Below the pieces are notes generated by a model. That model searched no databases. It worked only from the letters and a program-made list of their open reading frames with translations, and was not told where the DNA came from. The position numbers and the translations under genes are program-made. This document shows, piece after piece, positions 39,547 through 49,133 of a stretch of DNA of 64,000 nt. This DNA comes from Candidatus Woesearchaeota archaeon (GTDB taxonomy: Archaea; Nanobdellota; Nanobdellia; Woesearchaeales; JAFGPW01). Every line of letters begins with the position of its first letter. Position 1 is the stretch's first letter. The stretch spans positions 65,991-129,990 of the forward strand of contig JAFGPW010000002.1 of the NCBI GenBank assembly GCA_016935985.1, given 5' to 3'.

Positions 39547-40029
39547 CTATTTGATTAATGAACCCATAACATCTTGGAAAAAAACACTTTCTCCTCTATA
39601 AAGAATTCTCTCTTGTCCTTTGAAATAACTATAATCGCCTTCCATTTCAAAGGTGTATCTAAAATCTCCATCAGAGAATTCTTTAGGTCCTCGAAAAGGC
39701 ACACTATCATCAAAATTCATTAGAGCTTTTTTTAGAAATGGAAATGCTTGTTCTTGGAAAAAAGCGTCATCGAATTTTGGATTATGTTGTCCTTGATATG
39801 CCATGCACCAAATAGGATTTCCTTGGAAGAAAACAACTTCTCTTCCTGGTGCCCATTGGCTTCCTGCATAAGAATCGTGATATCTTAAATCTCCTTCTAC
39901 AAATTCATAATCTTTATGACCTTCTTGAGTGGGCACCTCACACCTATGTTGTTTTCTGACTTCTTTTGGTGCGGCATAAGTATGTCTGTGTGCCTTTGCG
40001 ATAAAATCTAAAAGTGTTTTTTTCTCCAT
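39547..40029 (-). CDS. Cassette 4: DUF5680-like protein
   Basis: YHDSYAG..GREVV..WCMAYQG..PFRGP..FKGQERI pattern. Confidence 0.78.
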   Translation of the reverse strand: MEKKTLLDFIAKAHRHTYAAPKEVRKQHRCEVPTQEGHKDYEFVEGDLRYHDSYAGSQWAPGREVVFFQGNPIWCMAYQGQHNPKFDDAFFQEQAFPFLKKALMNFDDSVPFRGPKEFSDGDFRYTFEMEGDYSYFKGQERILYRGESVFFQDVMGSLIK

Positions 40030-40091
40030 AAATTTAGTAAAATTGGTGAATTAATAAAGCTTTCTTTCGTGTAGGCATCTCTTACGATTGC

Positions 40092-40243
40092 GTATAACAT
40101 CGCGATTTAAAGAAGTTCAATTCTGACCTCGAGACTCGCCTTGCAGAGGCTCGAGCTGGAAGAATTGAATTTGGGTAAATTTCGGGAAATCGCTTGGCGA
40201 TTTAGCGTAAGCGACCGAAATTTCCTTTAAATCGCTGTTATAT
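40092..40243. repeat. attC-like site D (long variable region)
   Basis: GTATAACA-TC-GCGATTTAAAG...CTTTAAATCGC-TGTTATAT. Confidence 0.9.
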
Positions 40244-40427
40244 TCTTTGACCCTACGAGTGAAACGGAGTGGGGTCAAATTTCGTCCGAAAAGTCACGAG
40301 AACGCCGTCTTCAAGGGCGAAGCCCTATCTAACATTAACTTAAAGGGAAAGGAAACTTAAATATTGTTTTTTCTATAGAGTAGTAATGTGCGAAAGATTT
40401 AAATATCTTATATTTATTCTATTCTGT

Positions 40428-40880
40428 ATGGACAACATAAATGATAGATGTTATCAAAGTGATTTATCAACATCAGGATTTGATCAAGCAGATGCATTAG
40501 CAATTAATTTTCTAATGGCACAAGGACTGTTTCTAAGAGGTAGGGGTTATACTCCTGCTGAAACAGGTATATATTTAGACGGAAAAAGATTTATTATTGC
40601 AAGAATGGTTGGAAAATCATCACATTTTGGAGCAGGGGGACAATCGCTTGGACTTCCCGATGAAAGAACTGCAAATCCTGAAGATTATGCCGCATTTCTG
40701 GAAATGCTGATGGGCGGAGATGTTAATAAAGCAACTGTTATTACTTCTAGTAAGGATGTAACAGACCAATTACTAAAAGCAGAAGGTTTAACATCCATTA
40801 TTGGTAAACCAGATGGTGCGGTTCCATACATTGAAGCAAAATATTCTGGAAAACAAATTGACATTATTACTGGTCGTTAG
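40428..40880 (+). CDS. Cassette 5: hypothetical protein (opposite orientation to cassettes 1-4)
   Basis: Start MDNIND about 23 nt after TTTAAATA (40398-40405); the stop overlaps the inner inverted repeat. Confidence 0.75.
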   Translation: MDNINDRCYQSDLSTSGFDQADALAINFLMAQGLFLRGRGYTPAETGIYLDGKRFIIARMVGKSSHFGAGGQSLGLPDERTANPEDYAAFLEMLMGGDVNKATVITSSKDVTDQLLKAEGLTSIIGKPDGAVPYIEAKYSGKQIDIITGR

Positions 40881-40921
40881 TTTCCTTTCCCTTTCTAGAA
40901 ATTGGGCGTTCTCGTGATTGA

Positions 40922-41012
40922 ATATAACATCGGGCTTAAGGGAAGTTTTTTGCGTAGCAAAAAATTTGGGAGAGCGAAGTGCAACGAGCGAACCCTTTAA
41001 GCCCTGTTAAAT
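40922..41012. repeat. attC-like site E
   Basis: ATATAACA-TC-GGGCTTAAGGG...CCTTTAAGCCC-TGTTAAAT. Confidence 0.9.
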
Positions 41013-41145
41013 CCGCCGACGAACGAAGTGAGGAGAGTGCAACGTGCCCGAGCGGAATGAAATGGAGCGAAGGAGTCGCCAGCAGTATATTTTGTTTTTA
41101 GGGGGTCAGCGCAAATTTTTTGCTTCTTTTTTTGAAAAAAGAAGA

Positions 41146-41733
41146 TTATTGATTTTCCATAATTTCTTGTATGTCCAAATCTAAGTGTCTAAGCAATCTA
41201 GATTCAGAAACTTTTTCTAATCCTCTTTTGATAAGTTCTTGTGCTTCAGAATATTGTTTTCTATAAATATGATGGATTGCCCCCATATAATACGGGCGAT
41301 CCAAATCAGGATTAAGATTTATTGCTTCTTCCAAACTAGATTCTGCACCTTGAAAGTCTCCTAATTTAAACTGAACAGATGAATAATTAGTAAGAACCAT
41401 AGGTCTTCCTGCCCAATCTTCAGGTGCTTCTTCTAAACAGCACCTAAAAAAATAATTCGCTCCTGCAGGTTCGTTTGCTTCAAGGGTCATAGATCCCAAA
41501 TAAAAATTTGCCCAAAAATCATCAACATGATTAATATGGGATTTGATGAAACATCCATATGCTTCAGGATACATCCCTCTCTGAAGAAATATAGCTCCAG
41601 TACCAGTTAAACGAGTAATTCTATCGGCATAAGTTTTTGGATTACTCTCATCAAGATATTCATTTTTCATTTGAACACTCGCTACAAGATGCTTTGCCAA
41701 TATGTCTGTAAGCTTATCTTTTCCCATAATCAA
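41146..41733 (-). CDS. Cassette 6: tetratricopeptide-repeat protein
   Basis: TPR-like helices (LGDFQGAESSLEEAINLNPD, YSEAQELIKRGL). Confidence 0.78.
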   Translation of the reverse strand: MIMGKDKLTDILAKHLVASVQMKNEYLDESNPKTYADRITRLTGTGAIFLQRGMYPEAYGCFIKSHINHVDDFWANFYLGSMTLEANEPAGANYFFRCCLEEAPEDWAGRPMVLTNYSSVQFKLGDFQGAESSLEEAINLNPDLDRPYYMGAIHHIYRKQYSEAQELIKRGLEKVSESRLLRHLDLDIQEIMENQ

Positions 41734-41814
41734 ATGGTAACGGTTGTTACTATATAAGTATTACTCCCCCCCAATTAGGGAAAAATATATAAATATATAG
41801 GATATTCCATATAT

Positions 41815-42552
41815 ATGATAAAGGAATCGTTAGAAAAAATAGGCTTAACATCCGGAGAAGCTGAAGTATATGAAGCACTGGTTAGCTTAGGCTTATCATC
41901 TACTGGTGCAATTACAAAAAAAGCAGGAATTGCCAGTTCTAAAGTATATGAGGTTCTTCAGAGATTACAAAAAAAAGGTCTTGTTAGTTTTGTGATAAAA
42001 AATGGAGTACAATATTATGATGCAACACCTCCTGAACGATTGCTTGATTTTCTTGAAGAAAAAAAAGAAGATGTAGTAAGGGCTCAAGAAGACATCAAGA
42101 AAATTATTCCTACAATAAAGCAACTTGGAGAGAAAGCAGACGAACATAATGAAACAGTAGTTTATACAGGTATTGAAGGTGCAAAGATTGTTCTTAAGGA
42201 GATATTAGAAGCAGGAAAGAAAGGAATATCTAATTATGGATTCGGGACAAATGTTGATCCTTATGTGGAACAATTGCCTCATGCTCTTAATAATTATATT
42301 CAAGAGGCAAAAAAACTAAAGTTTAAAACAAGATTAATTTTTGCTAAAGGATTCAAATCTTCAAATATAACAGCAGAAATTAGATTTCTCTCAACGGAAT
42401 ATTTACCTCCTGTTAGAACAATGATTTATGGACATAAAGTTGCGATAGTTGATTTCACAAAGCCAGTTACAACAATTATTATTCATAAAAGAGAAATTGC
42501 GGAATCATATAAAAAACACTTTGAACAATTATGGAAAATCGCAAAAAAATAA
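41815..42552 (+). CDS. Cassette 6: TrmB-family transcriptional regulator
   Basis: LEKIGLTSGEAEVYEAL..SKVYEVLQRLQKKGLV..and C-terminal FEQLWKIA. Confidence 0.9.
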   Translation: MIKESLEKIGLTSGEAEVYEALVSLGLSSTGAITKKAGIASSKVYEVLQRLQKKGLVSFVIKNGVQYYDATPPERLLDFLEEKKEDVVRAQEDIKKIIPTIKQLGEKADEHNETVVYTGIEGAKIVLKEILEAGKKGISNYGFGTNVDPYVEQLPHALNNYIQEAKKLKFKTRLIFAKGFKSSNITAEIRFLSTEYLPPVRTMIYGHKVAIVDFTKPVTTIIIHKREIAESYKKHFEQLWKIAKK

Positions 42553-42636
42553 ATCTCTGAAACGAAGTTTCAGACTATCTGTTTTCTGAAAGAAAACCGC
42601 GCTGACCCCCTTTCTATAAATAATGCTGGTGATTGG

Positions 42637-42752
42637 ATTTAACATCGGGCTTAAGGGAAGTTTTTTCCGCAGGAAAAAATTTGGGAGAGAAACGAATTTT
42701 GCTTGGCAAAATAGCGAAGCGGTCGTTTCGAACCCTTTAAGCCCTGTTAAAT
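42637..42752. repeat. attC-like site F
   Basis: ATTTAACA-TC-GGGCTTAAGGG...CCTTTAAGCCC-TGTTAAAT; arms identical to site E. Confidence 0.9.
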
Positions 42753-42860
42753 ACGTTTTCCGTTACGAGCGAAGCGGAGTTCGGAAAACCTGCGTCCGCA
42801 GAGTAAAATTTCCATTTAAAAATAAATTCGACCACAGGGAGTGTATATGTGCGAAGCACT

Positions 42861-43035
42861 GGGGAGTTCCGTTCCTTAGAAAGAGCGAATGCGACACATC
42901 AAGAACAAGTATCTAGGGGAGTTCTTTTTTCATCAAAGCCGAAGGCTCATCAAGTAAAAACATCTAGGGGGAGTTCCGTTCAATACAAGCGAACAAAGTG
43001 AGCCATCAAGAACAAGGTTATAGGGGCGAGAAAAC
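42861..43035. repeat. Three tandem units of about 51-56 nt (GGGGAGTTC...CATCAAG...TA) forming the left arms of nested inverted repeats
   Basis: Units start at 42861, 42916 and 42967; each G-run stem has a complementary partner at 49384-49546. Confidence 0.8.
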
Positions 43036-43084
43036 CAAAACATTTATTAACATTTGATAACATTTGTGATAATAGGGGGTAGCT

Positions 43085-43222
43085 ATGAAACCAAAAAACG
43101 TTACACTACACTTAAATTCAGATTTGTACGAGAAATATAAAGAATTTTGCAAGAGAAAAGGCTGGCTTGTATCTAGACAAGTTGAGCTTATGATGGAAAA
43201 GCAGATGAAGGGAGACATATAA
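43085..43222 (+). CDS. Cassette 7: ribbon-helix-helix protein (45 aa)
   Basis: MKPKNVTLHLNSDLYEKYKEFCKRKGWLVSRQVELMM...; not in the ORF track; ends 1 nt before the next ATG. Confidence 0.75.
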   Translation: MKPKNVTLHLNSDLYEKYKEFCKRKGWLVSRQVELMMEKQMKGDI

Positions 43223-43223
43223 A

Positions 43224-43961
43224 ATGGTATCATTCAAACTTGCAGCTATAAAAATTCTGAGAGAAGCAAAAGAACCTTTGCACTATGAAGAGATCACTAA
43301 AAGGGCATTAGAGAATAACATGATTGAGACTTCTGGAGCTACACCTGAATCAACCATGAATGCTCAGATTGCTGTTGACATTAAATCAAAGAAAGGAGAA
43401 TCTCCTTTTGTACGGGTTAAACCTGGTTATTTCGGACTAAATCCTAATTTTACTGAAAAGGAAGAGAAAGAAGAAGAAAAAGAAGAAGAAGTAAAAGAAG
43501 CAGAAATTCAAGAGAATATAAGCACACAATACGTAGGTAAAGCAGGAGAGCATCGGGTTGTCAGTGAGTTATTATTCAGAGGATTTAATGCAAGTATTAT
43601 GGGTGTTGATGAAGGGATTGATATTGTTGCTACAAAAGAAAGAAGTCTCTATAATATACAAGTAAAAACCTCAAACGAGAACAAATTCAATTATTATGTT
43701 TTTGATTTGCGTATAAGCAGTTTTGAGAAATATAATAGAAATAATACTTTCTATGTATTTGTTCTTAAAGGAGAAAAGGTTAATTTTCTCATATTACCTT
43801 ACTTTGAAATTCAGAAAAATGTTGATCAAAAAAATATTCTTGTTGTAAATAAAAGTACACGATATCGAATTAACATTAGGATACGTGATGGAAAATTGTA
43901 TTTAGGAAATAAGGAGAATGAAATGTCATACTTTATGAATAATTGGGAGTTAGTTAAATGA
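43224..43961 (+). CDS. Cassette 7: HARE-HTH + PD-(D/E)XK nuclease
   Basis: AAIKILREAKEPLHYEEI..TPESTMNAQI..FVRVKPGYFGL, acidic linker, GE..GIDIV..IQVKT. Confidence 0.85.
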   Translation: MVSFKLAAIKILREAKEPLHYEEITKRALENNMIETSGATPESTMNAQIAVDIKSKKGESPFVRVKPGYFGLNPNFTEKEEKEEEKEEEVKEAEIQENISTQYVGKAGEHRVVSELLFRGFNASIMGVDEGIDIVATKERSLYNIQVKTSNENKFNYYVFDLRISSFEKYNRNNTFYVFVLKGEKVNFLILPYFEIQKNVDQKNILVVNKSTRYRINIRIRDGKLYLGNKENEMSYFMNNWELVK

Positions 43962-44605
43962 ATCAGACAAAATCAAGGCAAAGAGTTATTGATCATGGAG
44001 AAGTCTTTACCCATGAAAGAGAAGTAAATGGAATGCTTGATCTTGTTAAAAATGAAACTGAAAGATTAGATTCTCGATTTTTAGAGCCTGCGTGTGGAAC
44101 GGGTAATTTCTTAATTGAAGTATTGAACAGAAAACTCATGGTTCTTAAGAAAAAATATAGTCGTAGTCAACCAGAATATGAAAAATATGGTATAGTTGTT
44201 GTTTCAAGCTTATATGGTATTGATTTACTTGAAGACAACGTACAGGAATGTAGGCAAAGATTAATTGACACATTGGAAAAAGAATATACCTCTATTTTCA
44301 AACATAAATTTAATCAAAAGTATGTAGAAGTTTTAAGGTTCATCTTAAGCAAGAATATTGTCTCAGGAGATGCGCTGACAATGAAAAATACTAAAGGAAA
44401 GCCACTCATTTTTTCTGAATGGTCAATGCCTTATAATGATTCTAAAATTAAAAGGAAAGAATATTCATTTAAGGATATATTTAGCCCCACTCTTTTATGG
44501 AGTTTTACTACTGATAGCGATACAGGAGAAAGAGTAATATTACCCAACGTATATAAGGATCATCCCCTCATGAACTATATGGAGTTAGTAAACAAAAATG
44601 GATGA
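43958..44605 (+). CDS. Cassette 7: SAM-binding DNA methyltransferase-like subunit lacking motif IV
   Basis: HGEVFT, FLEPACGTGNFL, LYGID and GDAL present; no NPPY/DPPY. Confidence 0.82.
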   Translation: MNQTKSRQRVIDHGEVFTHEREVNGMLDLVKNETERLDSRFLEPACGTGNFLIEVLNRKLMVLKKKYSRSQPEYEKYGIVVVSSLYGIDLLEDNVQECRQRLIDTLEKEYTSIFKHKFNQKYVEVLRFILSKNIVSGDALTMKNTKGKPLIFSEWSMPYNDSKIKRKEYSFKDIFSPTLLWSFTTDSDTGERVILPNVYKDHPLMNYMELVNKNG

Positions 44606-45068
44606 AGAATTTGACATAGAAGGTGTAATTTATCCGGTGCCTTACGATTTAGCTATGAATATTTTTAAAAAAAATAAAAAAATTTTTGTTAAATATTTGA
44701 CACACGAGCCTACAAAAAAAACAGTAGTTCGTCTTAAGAAAGGGATGAAGTTGTATATCTATTCTTCACAATCCAAAAAGGTTATTCTCGGTGAAGGAGT
44801 TATTGATGAAATATCTTTTTTGAACAGATCAGAAATCTTATCAAAATTTGATGACGAGCTATTCATTTCGGAGTCAGAGTTAAGGGACTACTCGAAGGGG
44901 AGAGAAAGTAAGAAGGCCCAAGTGTTAAAAATTAAGAATATTGTTCTGTATCCCAAAGGGAAGATTGTTAAAAGAGCAATAACTATGACCGGTATATATG
45001 TAACTGGACAAAATAAAAAAAGCATTTTTGGGAATCAGAAAAACATCAATGGAGTTAACAAAAAATGA
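44598..45068 (+). CDS. Cassette 7: ASCH/PUA-like (DUF365-like) protein
   Basis: GVIYPVP..IFVK..GMKLYIYSSQ..ILGEGVI pattern. Confidence 0.7.
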   Translation: MDEEFDIEGVIYPVPYDLAMNIFKKNKKIFVKYLTHEPTKKTVVRLKKGMKLYIYSSQSKKVILGEGVIDEISFLNRSEILSKFDDELFISESELRDYSKGRESKKAQVLKIKNIVLYPKGKIVKRAITMTGIYVTGQNKKSIFGNQKNINGVNKK

Positions 45069-46621
45069 ATAAAACGGATTACAATCCAGATATATTAAGT
45101 TGTCTAGCAAGTTTAAGCAACGATGAAGTATTTACACCTCCTAAAATAGTTAATGAAATGCTAGATTTGTTACCTCCCGAATTATGGAAAGATAAGAATG
45201 CAAGATTTTTAGATCCTGTGTCTAAAACAGGGATTTATCTGAGAGAGATAGCAAAGAGACTAATGAAAGGTTTGGAAAAACAGATTCCCAATAGGCAAAA
45301 AAGGGTAAATCATATCCTTACCAATCAACTTTATGGGGTAGCAATAACAGAGTTAACATCCTATGTCTCTAGGAGATCATTGTATTGTTCAAAAACTGCT
45401 AATGGAAACTACTCTGTTTCTACAGAGTTCAAGAATAAAGAAGGGAATATAAGATTCAAAAATATTAATCACGAGTGGGTAAATGGAGGCTGCATATTTT
45501 GCGGTGCAAGTAAGGAAGTTTATGATCGTGGAGACGAAATGGAGTCACACGCTTATGAGTTTATCCATACAGAAAAACCGGAGGAGATATTCAAAATGAA
45601 ATTCGATGTAATTTTAGGAAATCCACCTTATCAGTTAAGTGATGAGGGTCACGGAAGAAGTGCTAGACCTGTTTATCATAAGTTTGTTCAACAAGCGAAA
45701 AAACTAAACCCTCGGTTTTTGACAATGATCATACCTGCACGCTGGTATGCAGGAGGAAAGGGACTTGATGAATTCAGGTCAGAGATGTTGAATGATAAAC
45801 GAATTCGCAACCTTGTCGATTTTGAAAATTCACGTGATGTTTTTCCTGGTGTTGATGTGGCAGGAGGAATATGTTATTTTTTATGGGATAGAGATAATAA
45901 AGGATCATGTGAGATAAAGAGTTTATACAACGGAGCAGAGGTAAAATCTGTAAGAGCTTTGGACGAATTTTCAATTTTTGTAAGACAAGGTCAAGCAATA
46001 CCAATTATTAGAAAAATAGAAGCAGTAAAAGAAAATAATGGAAAACGACTGAGTGATGTTGTATCCTCAAGAAAACCATTTGGATTACCAACAAATTATG
46101 AACCCAAAGAGAAAGGAGTGCCTTGCTGGTTTATTCAGAGGGTAGGATTGAAATATGCTGATAAACGAGATATAATGGATCCTAATAAATTATTAAACAA
46201 ATGGAAATTTCTAGTACCCAAAGCACCTATCGCTGGTCAGACTGATTTTTCTAAACCTGTAGGATTTTATTATGATGGAAATACTAAAATTGCAAAACCA
46301 GGTGAATGTTGTACTGAATCATTTATCGTTGCTGGAGCATTTAATACAGAGGAAGAAGTAATTTCTTTCAAATCTTATTTATTTACCAAAATTGTGAGGT
46401 TCTTAATACTTCAGACAGTTATTTCGCAAGATGTAACGAAAAATAACTTTTCTTTCGTACCTGATTTAGGTAAATATAAAGGAAAATACACTGACGAATT
46501 ATTGAGGAAACGTTGGAATATAACTGATAGTGAATGGAACTATATTGATTCAAGAATAAGATCAGTTGATTCTATAAATAATAAAAATCACTATGAGGAA
46601 ATCCCTGATGACGATGAATAA
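45065..46621 (+). CDS. Cassette 7: Eco57I-like N6-adenine DNA methyltransferase
   Basis: DEVFTP, FLDPVSKTG, FDVILGNPPY and IIPARW motifs. Confidence 0.9.
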   Translation: MNKTDYNPDILSCLASLSNDEVFTPPKIVNEMLDLLPPELWKDKNARFLDPVSKTGIYLREIAKRLMKGLEKQIPNRQKRVNHILTNQLYGVAITELTSYVSRRSLYCSKTANGNYSVSTEFKNKEGNIRFKNINHEWVNGGCIFCGASKEVYDRGDEMESHAYEFIHTEKPEEIFKMKFDVILGNPPYQLSDEGHGRSARPVYHKFVQQAKKLNPRFLTMIIPARWYAGGKGLDEFRSEMLNDKRIRNLVDFENSRDVFPGVDVAGGICYFLWDRDNKGSCEIKSLYNGAEVKSVRALDEFSIFVRQGQAIPIIRKIEAVKENNGKRLSDVVSSRKPFGLPTNYEPKEKGVPCWFIQRVGLKYADKRDIMDPNKLLNKWKFLVPKAPIAGQTDFSKPVGFYYDGNTKIAKPGECCTESFIVAGAFNTEEEVISFKSYLFTKIVRFLILQTVISQDVTKNNFSFVPDLGKYKGKYTDELLRKRWNITDSEWNYIDSRIRSVDSINNKNHYEEIPDDDE

Positions 46622-49133
46622 AAACTTTTTTCCGAAGAAGCCTGATGTAAGTCCACTTATTTATGCTTATGAACTTGAAGGTGTTGAAACGCATAAAGGA
46701 CTATTAAAAGTAGGATATACTACGCGGACATCTAAAGATAGGGTAAAGGAGCAATTAAAAACTAGTCGTGTAAAGTATAAAATAGTATTTGAAGAATCTG
46801 CCATGAGAAAAGACGGCACTTATTTTGATGATCACGCAGTCCATAAACTTTTGCTCAAGAAAGGAATTAAGCGAAAAAGTGGAGAATGGTTTGCTTGTTC
46901 TATTAAGGAAGTAAAAGCTGTCGTTTTAGCCTTGAAAACAGGAATAATAAATGAAGATAATAGGACATTGAATTTCAAAATGAGGCCTGAACAAGCTGAG
47001 GCAGTAAAAAGAGCGTCTCATTATTTTTCTAGTTTTAAAGAAGAGAAAAAAACACCTCATTTCCTTTGGAATTGTAAGATGAGATTTGGTAAAACTTTTG
47101 CGGCTTATCAATTAGCAAAAAAAATGGGATGGAAAAGGATTCTTGTGCTAACATTTAAACCTGCGGTTGAAAGTGCTTGGGAAGATGACTTATTAAATCA
47201 TGTTGATTTTGAGGGATGGCAATTTTATTCTAGACATTCAGATATAAATTCAAGCAAATTGAAAAAAAAGAAACCTATAGTTTGTTTTGGTTCTTTTCAG
47301 GATTATTTAGGTAAAGATTCTCTTGGTAGGATTAAGACAAAAAATGAATGGGTTCATAAAATTAAATGGGATTGTATTATCTTTGATGAGTATCATTTTG
47401 GTGCGTGGAGGGAATCAGCAAAAAGCCTATTTGACGAGGAAAATGAGATTCTTGTTGAGCAGAAAGAATATGAAGAAGAGATGGTTCAAGGTCCTGAAGA
47501 GCAAGATAAAATTGATTATTTAGAAAGTGCGATGCCTATAAAGACAAGATTATATCTTTATTTATCTGGGACTCCATTTAGAGCAATAATTTCAGGAGAA
47601 TTTATAGAAGAACAAATTTATCATTGGACTTATTCCGATGAGCAAAGAGCCAAAGAAAATTGGAAAAAAGCTAAGAATCCTTATGAGTCTTTACCTAGGA
47701 TAGTATTGCTAACCTATCAATTACCAGATTCAATAATAAACATTGCGAGCGGAGGAGAATTTGATACTTTTGATCTAAATGTCTTTTTTTCTGCTAAAGG
47801 TGAAGGCAAAGATGCAAAATTTGTATATGAAGACGATGTCCAAAAATGGCTTGATTTGATTCGAGGCAACTATTTAGCGTCAAATTTGGATAATTTAAAA
47901 CTGGGTGCTAAAAAACCCCCTCTTCCTTATTCCGATGTTAGATTATTGAATATATTATCTCACACACTTTGGTTTTTGCCGCATGTTAATTCATGCCATG
48001 CTATGGATAATTTATTGATGCAGAAGCAAAATAAATACTATCACTATTACAATATTGTAGTCGCAGCAGGTGCAACAGCAGGAATAGGACTAGATGCTCT
48101 CAAACCTGTACAAAAGGCAATGGAAGAGCCATTAAAAAGTAAATCGATTACCTTAACATGTGGAAAACTAACTACTGGAGTTACTGTAAGACCTTGGGCA
48201 GGTATTTTCATGCTTAGAAATCTAAAAAGCCCAGAAACATATTTTCAAGCAGCATTTAGAGTTCAATCCCCTTGGACTGTAAAAAATCCAGATGGAAAAA
48301 CTCCTAACTCTGAAGAAATCATAAAGAGAGAATGTTACATTTTTGACTTTGCTCCAAATAGAGCATTAAAACAGATTGCAGACTACAGTTGTAATCTTGA
48401 TATTGATGAAACAGATTCTGAGAAGAAAATTAAGGAGTTTATTGATTTTCTGCCCGTGTTAGCTTTCGATGGAAGTCGTATGGAAGTATTAGATGCTGGT
48501 AAAATTATTGAAATGGCAATGAGCGGAACTACTGCTTCACTTTTGGCAAGACGGTGGGAAAGTGCTCTACTCGTTAATGTTGATAACCACACTTTAAGTA
48601 AAATTCTGAATAATCCAAAAGCCCTAGAAGCTCTAATGAGTATTGAAGGTTTTAGAAGTTTGAATAGTGATATTGAGCTTATTATAAACAAGTCAGAATC
48701 GGTCAAAAAGACTAAGCAAAAATTAGCAAATGAAGAAGATATTCCACCTAAGCTAAAGAAAAAACTGACTGAAGAAGAAAAGGAATATATGAGTAAAAGG
48801 AAGGAGATTCAGAAGAAATTAATCAAATTTGCAACAAGGATACCTATTTTTATGTATTTAACAGATTACAGGGAAAGAACATTGAAAGATATAATAACAA
48901 AATTAGAACCTGGTTTGTTCAAAAAAGTTACAGGATTAAAGGTTGAAGATTTTGAGTTATTAGTAAGCCTAGGAGTATTCAATAGTAATTTGATGAATGA
49001 TGCAGTATTCAAGTTCAAGAGATATGAAGAAGCAAGTTTGTCGTACACAGGAATATATAAACATAAAGTCGAACAAGTGGGGGGATATGACATAGTTGTG
49101 ACTGCTGAAGAATTCACTGAAAAGGTAAAATGA
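46593..49133 (+). CDS. Cassette 7: T5orf172/GIY-YIG nuclease fused to an SF2 helicase (restriction subunit)
   Basis: IYAY..LKVGYT..RVKEQ..GEWF; KMRFGKT; FDEYH; LSGTPF; QAAFR. The true start may be a few codons downstream. Confidence 0.88.
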   Translation: MRKSLMTMNKNFFPKKPDVSPLIYAYELEGVETHKGLLKVGYTTRTSKDRVKEQLKTSRVKYKIVFEESAMRKDGTYFDDHAVHKLLLKKGIKRKSGEWFACSIKEVKAVVLALKTGIINEDNRTLNFKMRPEQAEAVKRASHYFSSFKEEKKTPHFLWNCKMRFGKTFAAYQLAKKMGWKRILVLTFKPAVESAWEDDLLNHVDFEGWQFYSRHSDINSSKLKKKKPIVCFGSFQDYLGKDSLGRIKTKNEWVHKIKWDCIIFDEYHFGAWRESAKSLFDEENEILVEQKEYEEEMVQGPEEQDKIDYLESAMPIKTRLYLYLSGTPFRAIISGEFIEEQIYHWTYSDEQRAKENWKKAKNPYESLPRIVLLTYQLPDSIINIASGGEFDTFDLNVFFSAKGEGKDAKFVYEDDVQKWLDLIRGNYLASNLDNLKLGAKKPPLPYSDVRLLNILSHTLWFLPHVNSCHAMDNLLMQKQNKYYHYYNIVVAAGATAGIGLDALKPVQKAMEEPLKSKSITLTCGKLTTGVTVRPWAGIFMLRNLKSPETYFQAAFRVQSPWTVKNPDGKTPNSEEIIKRECYIFDFAPNRALKQIADYSCNLDIDETDSEKKIKEFIDFLPVLAFDGSRMEVLDAGKIIEMAMSGTTASLLARRWESALLVNVDNHTLSKILNNPKALEALMSIEGFRSLNSDIELIINKSESVKKTKQKLANEEDIPPKLKKKLTEEEKEYMSKRKEIQKKLIKFATRIPIFMYLTDYRERTLKDIITKLEPGLFKKVTGLKVEDFELLVSLGVFNSNLMNDAVFKFKRYEEASLSYTGIYKHKVEQVGGYDIVVTAEEFTEKVK

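Noticed and set aside
38652..42752. CRISPR array interpretation of the recurring TAACATCG...TGTTA repeats
   Set aside because: The repeats are 82-152 nt, variable and palindromic, and are separated by whole genes rather than 30-40 nt spacers; no cas1/cas2 is present.
42623..43233. ORFs 42623-42916 (+) and 43018-43233 (-)
   Set aside because: The first runs across att site F and the repeats; the second is antisense to the RHH gene. Both are likely spurious.
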